A DNA stretch of 64,000 nt from the human T2T-CHM13v2.0 reference genome, Homo sapiens: NCBI RefSeq assembly GCF_009914755.1, contig NC_060947.1; one strand, given 5' to 3'. The notes under the pieces were generated by a model, which saw nothing but the letters and a program-made list of their open reading frames with translations, was not told where the DNA came from and searched no databases. The stretch's first letter is position 1. The number at the start of each line of letters is the position of its first letter. Positions 1-13,058 of the stretch are shown piece by piece. The translations under genes and the position numbers were made by a program.

Positions 1-665
1 GCAATTAAAAGTGGAACCACTGTCCACCATGTGAGAAGAGTGACTGGCTATGGCTGGATATTTTTAAATACACATAAAATGTGGTATAAATGGTAGAATG
101 CCAGGGATAGAAGGAGTATCTTATAAGTTACCTAGTCAACGTTCTGGCTTCTGGGCAGAAAACTATCTAAACTCAGCCAGATAATCAGTTTCAACTAAAT
201 CAGGAAAACATGGAATCATCTTTATCTAGGTAGTGTTATAGTTACATTGCCTCATTTATCTACACATCAATAAATTCTTTCTCATTGCTAATATTTATCA
301 TTCTTATCATAGTATAAGCAAATGTTTTAATTCTATTATGGTAAAGATAAAGCTTCTGTAATTAAAACACTTTAATCTGGAAAGACAGCAGTAAACCCTT
401 CAAGCAAAAGCCCAAGTAGGTTCAAAAATAATAGCCAGAGAGGTTAAAGGTAAACCAATAGAGTGATATGTTACAGCAACTAAGGGAGAGAGGCAGGAGT
501 TTTTTAAAAGAGAGAAGAGGAATTATAACAACAGAAACAGGTTAGCCAGCTGCCAGTTTAGATGAGCATAATGAGTCCCTTAGATAGATCATTGGTGATT
601 TTTATCAAAACACTATCGGTGGAGTTGTGGGAGTGGTAGGCTGACTATAGTGGATTGGGGAATTA

Positions 666-1156
<491 letters not shown>

Positions 1157-1899
1157 CTAGATATCACATTGGGCTTAATTGCTGGGTTATTCATTCATTC
1201 AGGCAACATGTATTTGTTGAGAGCCTGAATGTGCCAGGTAATAGAAACACAAAGGTGGTTAAAATAGACCTTGGCCTCTGTCTTCAGGAAGCTTCCAGTC
1301 TGAAGAGGGATGAAGACATATATTAATCAAACAATCCCACAAATGCAGGTATAATCTGCATAAACTGACAAATATATCTACTTTGGAGTCAAGAAATTAA
1401 GAGAAATCACTGATGTGATCAGTGAACAAGTAAGATTTATTAGGAAGATGGAAGGATGACATTACTTCAAATATATTACAGGAAACCCCAACCATGGTAA
1501 CAACATCAGGCCTATCTTTACATATGTTTAATAATGCTTAACTTCACTTTTGCTCCTATCCTCCCCAAAGCAATCTTCAAGTTCTTCTGTATCTTTGTTT
1601 TATTTTCTTTGTTCTTTTTTGTCTCATTTCCTATACTGTTTTTATTCCATACTTTGACAGTTCAGTGAACTCCTTTGATAGATCCCAAGTCCTCCTTTTT
1701 CAATATTTACACTTATAATCATTTTTGATCACTCCAAAACTGAGAACTTTGAGTGTAGATTTTCTAGGCTTCTTATTTTATTTTTAGACATTATATAGAA
1801 AAATTAGAGGGAAGGGAAAAGAAGGATGGCAACATGGTAACTGGGACAGTGTTCAAAAGGTCTAAGTCCTACTTCTCACTCCATACAAATTATCTGCAA

Positions 1900-2174
1900 T
1901 TTTTTTATTTTTGAGACAGGCTCTTATCTCTCACCTGGGCTAGAGTGCAGTGGCACAATCATAGCTCACTATAACCTTGAACTCCAGGGCTCAAGGGATC
2001 CTTCCATTTCGGCCTCCCGAGTAGTTAGGACTACAGGTGTGTGCCACTACACACAGCTAGTTTTTAATTTTTTTTTATTTTCATAGACACAGGGTCTCAC
2101 TATGTTGCTCAAACTGGTCTTGAACTCCTGGCCCCAAGCAATCCTCCTGCCTTGGCCTCCCAAAGGTCTAGAAT
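1900..2174 (-). mobile_element. AluJ-like SINE, 5' end interrupted by MER41
   Basis: T tail then TGAGACAGG...CTCCCAAAG; diverged. Confidence 0.85.
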
Positions 2175-4470
2175 TGTTACAGGAAAGAGGTCCCAATCCA
2201 GGCCCAAAGAGATTTTATTTATGTACTAGTGTGGAGCCTAGCCTAGGACACATCAAGCAGAAGTGCAGATAAGGTCTGACTCTTTCCAGTACAGCTAGGG
2301 TGCCTGGCTCTCCACATGTCCCCAGACCTTATCTAGAATCTAATGTCTCCAAGGTAGGTACATTGAATAATTTTCAAAAGTCAAGGAAGCAGTTTATGAC
2401 CTTAAAGTAGTTAGCAAACTTAATATCTGACCTGACTAATTTAGACCAAATGTTTACATTTTTGAAGATATTTTTATTTTATCAGTAATCTTTAAAACTA
2501 TTTTCTATTTTCCAAAGATTACTTAAGTCAAATGAACTAAAAGGCATTATACATTTTAGTTTTCTGATGAAATATCTGATTTAAGCACTTATTATTTTTG
2601 AACCAATTAAAGCTTTTTTATATCACACACACAACACATATAAATACACAGACAGGCTGGGTGCAGTGGCTCACACTTGTAATCCCAGCACTTTGGGTGG
2701 CCAAGGCAGGCGGATCACGTGAGGTCAGGAGTTTGAGAGCAGCCTGGTCAATGTGGTAAAACCCCATCTCCACTAAAAATACAAAAATTAGCTGGGCATG
2801 GTGGAGGATGCCTGTAATCCCAGCTACTCAGGAGGCTGAGGCAGGAGGATAGCTTGAACCCAGGAGGTAGAGGTTGCAGTGAGCCAAGATTGTGCCACTG
2901 CACTCCAGGCTGGGTGACAGAGGGAGACCCTGTCTCAAAAAATTAATAAATAAATACACAGAAGAAGATAAAGGACTTATCCCCTAAGGCAGGAATCAAA
3001 CCCTGAACACAGGCCACCATTGTGAAAAGAAAAAGCACAGCCACATGGTTACAAGGTCAAGCTCCCAAGGACATACAAAACAAGAAGGAAACCTCATCCA
3101 GTTTTTTCAGGGACCTGCAGCAAAGTTTGTACCTGATAAATTTACTGGGCCATCTTGAACAGCAGGTTTACAGGTGTCCTAAGCTCATGTTCTATCCTAA
3201 GATACCCCTCTTTATGACAGAACAATACAGAAAGACACACAACAGATTTGCTACAACTTAAGACTAGCCTCATAAATCCATTTTTTCACTAATCAAAACT
3301 TTACAGAGGAAATGAACAGTGATTTTTGCCATCCATTCAACCAGTTTTATAGAGAGAGAGAGAGGAAAGCATTGCCTGAGGCAGGGTGGGGAAGGCCCGG
3401 CACTCCGAGTGCCAGAGAAAGCCCCACCCATTGCAGCAACACTGAAAAGTTCATGCAGCTGCTTGTCAGTCATGAACGGATTTTTTCCAGCAGTCCCATC
3501 AGCTCTCATTTCCCTTTTTAGGAGGGAAAAGCTCCCCATGTTCTACAATCCTCTACATGCCTAATTCTGTCAACCATAGCCATCAGCAAAGAGTGCAAGG
3601 CAGATCAATCCAAAGAGAATAGCGGTTAACATCCTATAATGCCAAACCTGTTCTTAGCCGAAAGGGACTTTAAGGAGAGGGACTTTACTGAGAGGGACCT
3701 CTAACCCCCTAAATCTTAAAAGGGACTCTAATCCTCCTAAGTTGGGCCTCTAACCCAGTGTCAGTCAAGCATCCTTGCCTTTTATTGAGAGGAAGCTTTA
3801 ACCCTCTCTTACGAGAGACTCTAACTCCCCTAAGTTGAGCTATAACCAATCCCATCCTTTGCCTGAGTACCCCACCACTTACCCAAAGTTGTCCAATTAG
3901 TAATGCTGCAGTCTATTTCCTTTGTGCTGGGGGTCTCCTCAGTATCATCCCTTCGAGTTTCACCAGAAAGATGTTATCAGGCCCCACCACTTACCCAAAG
4001 TTAGCCTTTGGATTGGGGGTTTCTGCATTATAGTCACTTCAGTGGTTGCCAAAAAGATGTTATAGGACCCCCAACACTTACCCAAAATTAACCTTTGGGT
4101 CAGGTATTTCTGCACTATAGTCCCTTCTGTGATAATCAGAAAGATGTTATAGGAAAAGGATCCTGATCCAGGCCCCCAGGAGAGGGTTCTTGGATCTTGT
4201 GCAAGAAAGAATTCAGGGCGAGTCCGCAGTGCAAAGCAAAACCAAGTTTATTAGGAAAGTAAAGGAGTAACAGAATGGCTACTCCATAGACAGAGTAACC
4301 CCAAGGGCTGCTGGTTGCCCATTTTTGTGTTTTTTTCTTGATGATATACTAAACAAGGGGTGGATTGTTCATGCCTTCCCATTTTAGACCATATAGGGTA
4401 ACTTCCTGACATTGCCATGGCATTTGTAAACTGTCATGGTGCTGATGGGAATGTAGCAGTGAGGATGGCC
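2175..4470 (-). mobile_element. MER41 (ERV1) proviral remnant: 3'-LTR stub 2175-2212, internal sequence, truncated 5' LTR 4145-4470
   Basis: 4145-4470 matches the reverse complement of the 3' part of MER41 (…CCATGACAGTTTACAAATGCCATGGCAA…GAACCCTCTC…TAACA); the same terminal motif recurs at 2175. Confidence 0.75.
2655..2955 (+). mobile_element. AluS inserted in the MER41 internal region
   Basis: Full Alu; TAAATACACAGA on both flanks. Confidence 0.92.
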
Positions 4471-4773
4471 ACACTAATGTGTTTTAAGCCTTTTCCTCAG
4501 CCAAACTACAAAAAAGCAAAAATTACTTTGTTTCAATATTACCCCTACTGGCTAACACACTAGCAGGTCATCAGAATATTTGCCATTCCTACAAAATTCC
4601 AAGATTCTGTGATGATCCTTTGAGTATAAGAATCACAGAGATACACACAATTGTTACATGCTCTATTTAAGTTTTCTATGTTATATTTTCTCTTTATACC
4701 CCCCACCCCATTTCCTGACTCTTTCTTTTTAAAGGGTCTTTGGGATCATGAAAGCAAAATGCAGCATCCTCAG

Positions 4774-5136
4774 TGTCACACACGTCCATGTGAAGAGACC
4801 ACCAAACAGGCTTTGTGTGAGCAATAAAGCTTTTTAATAACCTGGGTGCGGGCAGGCTGAGTCTGAAAAGAGAGTCAGCAAAGGGAGATAGGGGTGGGGC
4901 AGTTTTATAGGATTTGGGTAGGTAGTGGAAAATTACTGTCAAAGGGGGTTGTTCTCTGGCGGGCAGGGGTGGAGGACACAAGGTGCTCAGTGGGGGAGCT
5001 TCTGAGCCAGGAGAATGAATTTCACAAATGTCATCAGCTAAGGCAGGAACCAGCCATTTTCACTTATTTTGTGATTCTTCAGTTGCTTCAGGCCATCTGG
5101 ATGTATACATGCAGGCTTGGGCTCAGAGGCCTGACA
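4774..5136 (-). mobile_element. HERV-H 3' LTR (LTR7 family, 363 bp)
   Basis: TG...CA ends; preceded on minus by polypurine tract AAAAAGACAGGAA. Confidence 0.92.
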
Positions 5137-6627
5137 TTCCTGTCTTTTTATATTAATAAGAAAAATAAAACAAAATAGTGTTGAAGTGTTGGGGCGGTGA
5201 AAAATTTTTTGGGGGGTGGTATGGAGAGTTACTGGGTGATGTTTCTTAGGGTTGCTTTGAGTGGGATTAGGGGTGGCGTGGGAACCTAGAGTGGGAGAGA
5301 TAAAGCTGAAGGAAGATTTTGTGGTAAGGGGTGATATTGTGGATTTGTTAGAAGGAATATTTGTCACATAGAATGATTGGTGATGGCCTGGATACAGTTT
5401 TGTATGAATTGAGAAACTAAACAGAAGACACAAGGTCCCAATAACAGAAGGAGAAAAACAGGTATTAAAGGACTAAGAATTGGGAGGACTCAGGACATCC
5501 AATCAGAGTGCCTAAGGGGGTTCAGCGTGATTATTTTCTTGGTTGATGAGTTTTTGGGCTCTATCCTTGAGTTTTTTTATGTTGTCATATACCAAGCCAG
5601 ATTGATTTAGGTAAAAACAACACTTTTCATTTAAAAATACACACAGTCCCCTTTTTTTGAGCAGTAAGTCAAGGCCTCAGTGATTTTGGAGGAAAGAGAA
5701 ATGCAAAGCCAGCAATCATTTTTTAAAGAAGGATTAGAAACAGCTAGGAGAGAGTGAATGAGATTGATAGTGTGGTGGAGATAGCTGGGGAGAGGTAGAG
5801 GGTCGCATAAGAACAGGAATGAGAATAAGAGTGAATATAAAGGTAAAGAATAGGACTTTATTAGGGTGAAAGTATTGGAGTGTACCTTGTCACTGAAGAT
5901 CTTCTATCCACTTCAAGAGAGACTTAAGGAAGGTGGTTTGAGGTAAAACCAGGAGATATGAGTTATGATGGTTTGGAGGAAAAGTGTAAACTGGCAGTGT
6001 AAACAAGGGCAGGGCATTTACGAGTAGTTGAGAATGGTGAATAGGAGTATGACTAGACAGAAGATAGTAGGGATGACAAGTTTTGGGGTTGCAGTCCAAG
6101 TAGTGGGGGTGACTGCATAAAGCCTTGTTGCAATAAGTAGGGTAATAAACTTAATAGAATGAAAGGATGTTTTAGGCTCATAAGGGTTACTACTGTTCTT
6201 CAGAAATGTGAGTGAGTTTAAGGGAAGTAGGGTTGAGTACTTGCAACTTCTAGGAGGAAGAGGAGAGATTAGGCTGGCTGTCCAATGGACACAGCTTTAT
6301 TCTGGAATGGTGAGCCTAATAGGGAGGGTCTTACAGGCGGATGGCAGTTGGGGTATTATAGATGACTAAGTAGGGTCCGGTCTATCAAGGTTATAGAGTT
6401 TGAGGGGTCAGATTCTTAACAAGAACTGATCGTCCATCTAGGGTGTCTTTATATGGCTGGGAATATGGAGTAGGCAAGAAAAGATTAGCAGCTTGGCAAA
6501 TTTCCTGTCTTGCCTGCTGGAGGACCAGCAGATAGATTCCTAGAGGACTGGTGTCTGAGACGAGGTTGGGGCCAAGCAAGAAAGTGTGTCTATATAAAAG
6601 TTTAAATGGACTGTACCCTCTAGCATC

Positions 6628-9050
6628 TCAAGGACAGGCTCTAATTCTGAGAAAGGCAAGAGGTAAAAGTACTGTCCAATCTTTTTTAAGTTGGAGGCTG
6701 AGCTTGGTGAGATGTGTCTTTAAAAGACCATTAGTCCATTCTACCTCTCCTGAAGATTGAGAATGGTAAGGGGTATGAAGGTTCCACTGAATACCAAGAG
6801 CCTGAGAAACTGCTTGGGTGATTTGACTAATAAAGGCCGGTCCATTATCAGACTGTATAGAGGTGGGAAGGCCAAGCCTAGGAATTATGTCTGAAAGAAG
6901 GGAAGAAATGACTATGGTGGCCTTCTCAGACCCTGTGGGAAAGTCCTCTACCCATCCAATGAAAGTGTCTACCCAGACCAAGAGGTATTTTAGTTTCCTG
7001 ACTCGGGGCATGTGAGTAAAGTCAATTTGCCAGTCCTGGGCAGGGCAAATTCTCGAGCTTGATGTGTAGGGAAGGGAGGGGGCCTGAGGAATTCCTGAGT
7101 AGTAGTAGTATAGCAGATGGGACAGAGAAGTGATTTTTTTAGGATAGATTTTTACAAAGGAAAGGAAATGAGAGGTTTTAAGAGGCAGGATAGCAGCTTG
7201 CAACTTACATGGAAGGGGTTACAAAATGACAACAGAATAGAATAGGCCTGTGAGGCTGGAAGGAGATATTTTCCTTGTTCCAAGAACCATTTGCCTTGTG
7301 TGGAAAGAGATTGATAGGTGGAAGTTTCAGTGGGAGAGTAGGTGGGAGTGACAGATGAGAAGGAGAAAAACTGGCCATGAGGGACAGAAGTTGGGACACT
7401 AGCTGCTTCTTTAGCTACCTTATCAGCATAAGCACTGTCCTGAGTGATGGGATCTGATGCCTTTTGATGGCCCTTGGAGTGAATGACTCCAGCTTCCTTT
7501 GGAAGTAAAGTGGCCTTGAGAAGAGTTTTTATTAAAGAGGCATTAATGATGGAGGACACTTGCATAGCGAGGAAACCTCTTTTAGCCTACATAACAGCAT
7601 GGTGGTGCAGGATATGGAAGGCATATTTAGAGTCAGTATAAATATTGATGTGTAGTCCCTTTGCAAGAGTGAGAGCCTGAGTTAAGGCAATGAGTTTGGC
7701 TTGCTGACAGGTAGTGGAGGTGGACAGAGTGGTAACATCAAGGATAGATGTGGAAGATACTATAGCATAGCCTGCCTTTGCTAATGAGTGACAATTAGGC
7801 CTGATGGAACTGCCATCAATAAACCAAGTGTGATCAGGGTGAGGAACAGGAAAGAATGAAATATGGGTAAATGGAGTGAATGTCAGGTAGATCAGAAAGA
7901 TACAGTCATGGGGGTCAGGTGTGGTATCAGGAATAATGTGGGAGCCAGCCTAAAACAGTAAGATCAAGTTGCTTGGACAGAAAGGCTACAGGTCATGGTC
8001 CTGGCTCTTGTGTAAGAATTCTGACCGCACAGCCCTGCACTTCAGCTGTGTGTAATGAAAAAGGGTTCAGATGAGTTAGGGAGAGCTAGTGTGGGAGCAG
8101 CTTCCAGGGCTGTTTTAAGAAATGGAAAAAGGAGTGGGGAAAGGATTTAGGATCTATGGGGTCAGCTAGGTTTTCTTTTGTGAGTTTATATAATGGTTTA
8201 GTCAGGACAGTAAAGCTAGGTATTTAAAGGCAAAAGTACTGAACCATGCTCAGGAAAGAAAGGAGTTGTTGCTTTGTCAAGGGGGTTGGGGTTTGGGAGA
8301 TTAGCCAGACACGATCAGCAGGGAGAGCATGTGTGTTTTTATGAAGAATTATGTCAAGATATATAACGGATGAGGAAGAAATTTGGGCTTTGGAGGCAGA
8401 TGTGCAATGTCCTTTTGAGAATAGATTGTTGGAGCAGCAGGAGGGTGTCCTGTTGGGAAGATTTGTAGGAGGGGCTATAAAGTAGAAGGTCATCAAAATA
8501 TTTAATAAGGTGAGATGTAGATGGATGGAAAGAGAGTAAATCATGAGAAAGGGCCTGACTGAAGTAATAGGAGCTGTCCCTGAAGCCTTGCAGCAGTACA
8601 GCCCAGGTAAGTTGCTGAGATTGATGGGTGTCAGGGTCAGTCCAGGTAAAAGTAAAGAGGGCCTTGGAGGAAGGGTGCAAAGGAATAGTAAAGAAAGCAT
8701 ATTTGAGATCCAGAACATAATAATGGGTTGTGGAGGGGTTGTGAAGGGAGGTATTAAGAATAAGAGAGTATATGGGTTTGGCACCATGGGGTGGATAGGC
8801 AAACAATTTGGTTGATAAGGTGCAGATCCTGAACTAACCTGTAAGACTTGTCCGGTTTTTGGACAGGTAAAATGGGAGAATTGTAAGGAGAGTTTATAGG
8901 CTTCAGAAGCTCATGCTGCAGCAGGCGAGTGATAACAGGCTTTAACCTTTTTAAAGCATGTTGTGGGATGGGATATTGGCATTGAGCGGGGTAAGGGTGA
9001 TTGTGTTTTAATGGGATGCTAAGGGGTGCATGATCGGTCCCCAAGGAGGG
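6628..9050 (-). pseudogene. HERV-H pol fragments (RT, RNase H, integrase), frameshifted
   Basis: ORF track: LDLKYAFFTIP...LLQGFRDS...YFDDLLL (RT); GVIHSKGHQK (RNase H); WQIDFTHMP...WVDTF...IQSDNGPAF...SQSSGEVE (integrase core). Confidence 0.9.
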
Positions 9051-9421
9051 AGTAAAGGTGTCCTATACTTGTGGATTAAGGTGGGGAGATACAAGGGGAG
9101 GATGCGAAGGAGGCTTTGAACTGGGGAAAAGGCGGCAATGAGGTGTGGCTGTAGTCCAGGAATAGCCAGGGAAGTAGATAATTTGGTTAAAATGTCTTGG
9201 CCTAATAAGAGAACTGGGCAGGTGGGAATAACTGAAAAAGAGTGCATAAAAGAATGTTGTCCAAGTTGGCACCAGAGTGGGAGAGTTTTAAGGGGTTTTG
9301 AAGCTTGGCCGTCAATACCCACAACCGTTATGGGGGCAAGGGAAACAGGCCCTTGAAAGGAAGGTAATGTGGAGTGGGTAGCCTCCATATTGATTAAGAA
9401 GGGGATGGACTTACCTTCCAC
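9050..9421 (-). pseudogene. HERV-H protease, catalytically dead
   Basis: FLINMEATHSTL (DTG triad lost)...VVGIDG...LLGQDILTKL. Confidence 0.8.
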
Positions 9422-9526
9422 TGTAAGAGTTACCTAAAGTGTCTGTGATGGTCCAGGAGGCTTCTGAGGTGATCAGGCAGCGTCAGTCTCCAGCTGCTAA
9501 GCCAAGCAGATCTGGGAAAGTGTCAG

Positions 9527-10445
9527 TCAGAGAGCCTTGGACCAGAGCTTTAGGGGCTGTAGGAGTAGCTGCCAGGTGAGTTGGACAATCCTATTTCCAG
9601 TGGGGTCCTGCATAGATGGGACATGGCTTACGAGGAATCCCAGGCTGCAGCATTCCTTGGCCCAGTGGCCAGATTTCCAGCGTGTGAAGCAAGATCCTGG
9701 GGGAGGAGGTCTGGAAGGAATGCCTGACTGCTGTGGCTTAGGTGCTATGAAGTTCTTGTGTGCTGGAGATGTGGCTGGGGTTTCTCTCACAGTGGAGGCA
9801 AGTAATTGCAACTCTTCTCTATTATTGTACACCTTGCAGGTGAGGTTGATTAATTCCTGTTGTGGGGTTTGAGGGCTGGAGTCTAATTTTTGGAGCTTTT
9901 TCTAATGTCAGGAGCTGACTGGGTGATAAAATGCATATTGAGAATGAGACGGCCTTCTGACCCTTCTGGGTCTAGCTAGGGTGGTAAAGTGTCTAAGGGT
10001 TGTTGCCAAATGGGCCATGAACTGGGCTGGGTTTTTATATATGATGAAAAAGAGCCTAAACACTAACTGATTTGGGAGAGGTCAGCTAAAGAAAAAGGAG
10101 CATTAACCTTGACTATGCCTTCAGCTTCAGCCACCTCTGTAAGAGGAAACTGTTGGGTAGATGGGGGAGGGCTAGCCACAGAACGCAACTGTAAGCTGGA
10201 CCAGGTGTGAGGAGGGGAGGTGATAGAAGGATTATAGGGTGGGAGAGCAGAGGCTGAGGAAAAATTGGGACCTGGCTCAGCCTGGTGAGGAGCAGCCTGG
10301 GGAGGAGGGGAGAGGTCAGATGGGTCTGTAGAAAAGGAGGATTCAAAGGACTCAGAGCTTGGGGTGGAGACTGAAGGAAGAGACAGGAGAGAAAGAAGAA
10401 AGATTTGGGACGAGTCACATTGGGAGCAGAGATTAGGAAAAGACT
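9527..10445 (-). pseudogene. HERV-H gag fragments
   Basis: PPPQAAP...LPPYNP late-domain-like region; VKVNAPFSLADL capsid start; degenerate zinc knuckle CFTRWKSGHWAKEC. Confidence 0.75.
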
Positions 10446-11513
10446 TGTTGCAGGAAGTCAGGGACCCCAAATGGAGGGACCGGCTGAAGCCATGGCAGAA
10501 GAATGTGGATTGTGAAGATTTTATGGACATTTATTAGTTCCCCAAATTAATACTTTTGTAATTTCTTATGCCTGTCTTTATTGCAATCTCTAAACATAAA
10601 TTGTAAAGATTTCATGGACACTTATCACTTCCCCAATCAATACCCTTGTGATTTCCTATGCCTGTCTTTAATTTAATCTCAATCTTGTCAGTTGAGGAGG
10701 ATGTATATTGTCTCAGGACCCTGTAATAATTGCATTAACTACACAAATTGTACAGCATGTGTGTTTGAGCAATATGAAATGTGGGCACCCTGAAAAATGA
10801 ACAGGATAACAGCAATTGTTCAGGGAATAAGACAGATAACCTTAAACTCTGACTGCCGGTGAGCTGGGCAGAACAGAGCCATACTTCTCTTCTTTCAAAA
10901 GCAAATGGGAGAAATATCGCTGAATTCTTTTTCTCAGCATGGGATATCCCTGAGAAAGAGAATGCGCACCTAGGGGTAGGTCTCTGAACTGGCCCCCCTG
11001 GGGCGTACCTGTCTCTTATGGTTGAGACTGCAGGGGTGAAATAAACTCCAGTCTCCCATAGCGCTCCCAGGCTTATTAGAAAAAGGAAATTCCCACCTAA
11101 TAAATTTTGGTCAGACCGGTTGATCTCAAAACCCTGTCTCCTGATAAGATATTATCAATGACAGTGGTGCCCTAAACTTCGTTAGCAATTTTAATTTCAC
11201 CTTGGTCCTGTGGTCCTGTGATCTCACCCTGCCTCCACTTGCCTTGTGATATTCTATTACCCTGTTAAGTACTTGATGTCTGTCACCCACACCTATTCGC
11301 ACACTCCCTCCCCTTCTGAAAATCCCTAATAAAAACTTGCTGGTTTTTGTGGCTTGTGGGGCATCACAGATCCTACCGATGTGTGATGTCTCCCCCAGAT
11401 GCCCAGCTTTAAAATTTATCTCTTTTGTACTCTGTCCTTTTATTTCTCAAGCCAGTCAATGCTTAGGGAAATAGAAAAGAACCTACGTGATTATCAGGGC
11501 AGGTCCCCCGATA
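10446..11513 (+). mobile_element. MER11 (HERV-K11/HML-8) solo LTR, 1068 bp, nested in HERV-H
   Basis: Starts TGTTGCAGGAAGTCAGGGACCCC...GAAGCCATGGCAGAAG, ends GGCAGGTCCCCCGATA; imperfect 6-bp TSD AAGACT/GGGACT; HERV-H sequence resumes on both sides. Confidence 0.88.
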
Positions 11514-12314
11514 GGGACTGATGTGCAAAAGAATTCCTGGATATCAGGCACCTCAGACCATTTGCCCATTTTACGACAAGAATTATCTAGATCTTGTAGG
11601 ATGGAGAAATCGAAAGTGCTGTTTTCTGGCTATTTGGAACCATTGTCAAGTTTGTATTGGGGTCAAGTGGTATTGCAGAAGAAAATAAGATGTTTAGGTT
11701 TTAGGTCAGGTGTGAGTTGAAGAGGTTTTAAGTTATTGAGAACACAGTCTAAGGGTGAAGATGGAGGAATGGAGGGTGGAAGTTTGCCTATAGTGAAGGA
11801 GGCAAGCCCTGAGAAAAGAGAGGGTAGAGACACGGAGAGAAGGGGTGGGGGGTACTTGCCTCCCGGGGAGGTGGTGCTTGCCACCAAGGTGAAGGATCAA
11901 GGCAGGCATCCCCATGGTGATCAGACACCTCTGAAATGTGGGTGAATAATCAGGCAGGCATCCCCGCAGTGATTAAACACTGAGGGAAGACTGTCTTCCC
12001 GAGACCATGACCATCGTCAGAGTTTTGGGTTCACACATAAAACATGTCTCCTCTGTCTCTACCAGAAAAGGAAAGGCACTGAAATTAAGGGAAGGGAGAG
12101 ATTGAAGGGTAGCACAGAAATTGAAAGGAGAAAGAGGTTGAGGGATAGTGAAAGAAGTTGGAGAAGAGAGCAAAAAGAGGCTGCTTACCAGATTTAAAAT
12201 TGGTGAGATGTTCCTTGGGCTGGTTGGTCTGAGGACCAGAGGTCATAGGTGGATCTTTCTCACGGAGCAAAGAACAGGAGGACAGGGGATTGATCTCCCA
12301 AGGGAAGTCCCCTG

Positions 12315-12332
12315 ATCTGAGTTATGGCACCA
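12315..12332 (-). other. Primer-binding site for tRNA-His
   Basis: TGGTGCCATAACTCAGAT vs His PBS TGGTGCCGTGACTCGGAT (15/18, all G>A), 2 nt after the 5' LTR. Confidence 0.88.
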
Positions 12333-12334
12333 AA

Positions 12335-12701
12335 TGTCACGTGCATCCGTGGGAAGAGACCACCAAACAGGCTTTGTGTGAGCAATAAAGCTTTTTAATC
12401 ACCTGGGTGCAGGCGGGCTGAGTCTGAAAAGAAAGTCAGCAAAGGGAGATAGGGATGGGGCAGTTTTATAGGATTTGGGTAGGTAGTGGAAAATTACAAT
12501 CAAAGGGAGTTGTTCTCTGGCAGGCAGGGGTAGTGGTCACAAGGTGCTCAGTGGGGGAGCTTCTGAGCCAGGAGAAGGAATTTCACAAGGTAATGTCATC
12601 AGTTAAGGCAGGAATCGGCCATTTTCACTTCTTTTGTGATTCTTCAGTTGCTTCAGGCCATCTGGATGTATATGTGCAGGCTTGGGCTCAGAGGCCTGAC
12701 A
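12335..12701 (-). mobile_element. HERV-H 5' LTR (LTR7 family, 367 bp)
   Basis: Direct repeat of 4774-5136 (~25 substitutions plus one 4-bp indel by hand alignment). Confidence 0.92.
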
Positions 12702-13058
12702 CTCAGCAGCTACTACCACCATTGGCACCACTGGCACCACTGCCACCACCCCACTGCACCCCAGTTGCTTCACTCTCCATCACAGAAGCCTTTTCAGCAA
12801 CAGCCAACATTTGTACCCTCACCAAGCCCTCTGATTTTCCCAATCACAAGGCCTTCACTACAATATTTTCTTCATTCACAAGTGTCACCTATTCTCCATC
12901 CCCAAGGTAAGTCAATTCTAATTTTCTTGCAAGGGTTGACAGAGGTAAAACCTGTCCAGATACCCCAAAGGTGTTTCATCTTGGCAATTCTTGACTCTTT
13001 CAAGGAAATAAGAATAGTCAAATATAACTAAGTAAAATAAATAAGAATATATAAGGTC

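Larger units (their letters stand above)
4774..12701 (-). mobile_element. HERV-H provirus (decayed gag-pro-pol-env) with two LTR7-family LTRs
   Basis: LTRs at 4774-5136 and 12335-12701 begin TGTCAGGCCTCTGAGCCCAAGC on minus; 5-bp TSD CTCAG (4769-4773 and 12702-12706); PBS, polypurine tract and retroviral ORF fragments present. Confidence 0.95.

Noticed and set aside
3860-4145. Three ~90-110-bp repeats (CCACTTACCCAAAGTT)
   Set aside because: They lie in the ERV leader next to the MER41 LTR and are most simply part of the element.
4145-4470. MER41 as an interferon-inducible STAT1 enhancer
   Set aside because: The LTR is truncated and lacks the 5' portion where the GAS motifs of MER41B lie; I see no clear GAS site in the remaining part.
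6628-9421. Intact retroviral pol/pro genes
   Set aside because: Fragmented by stops and frameshifts; protease DTG lost; classed as pseudogenic.
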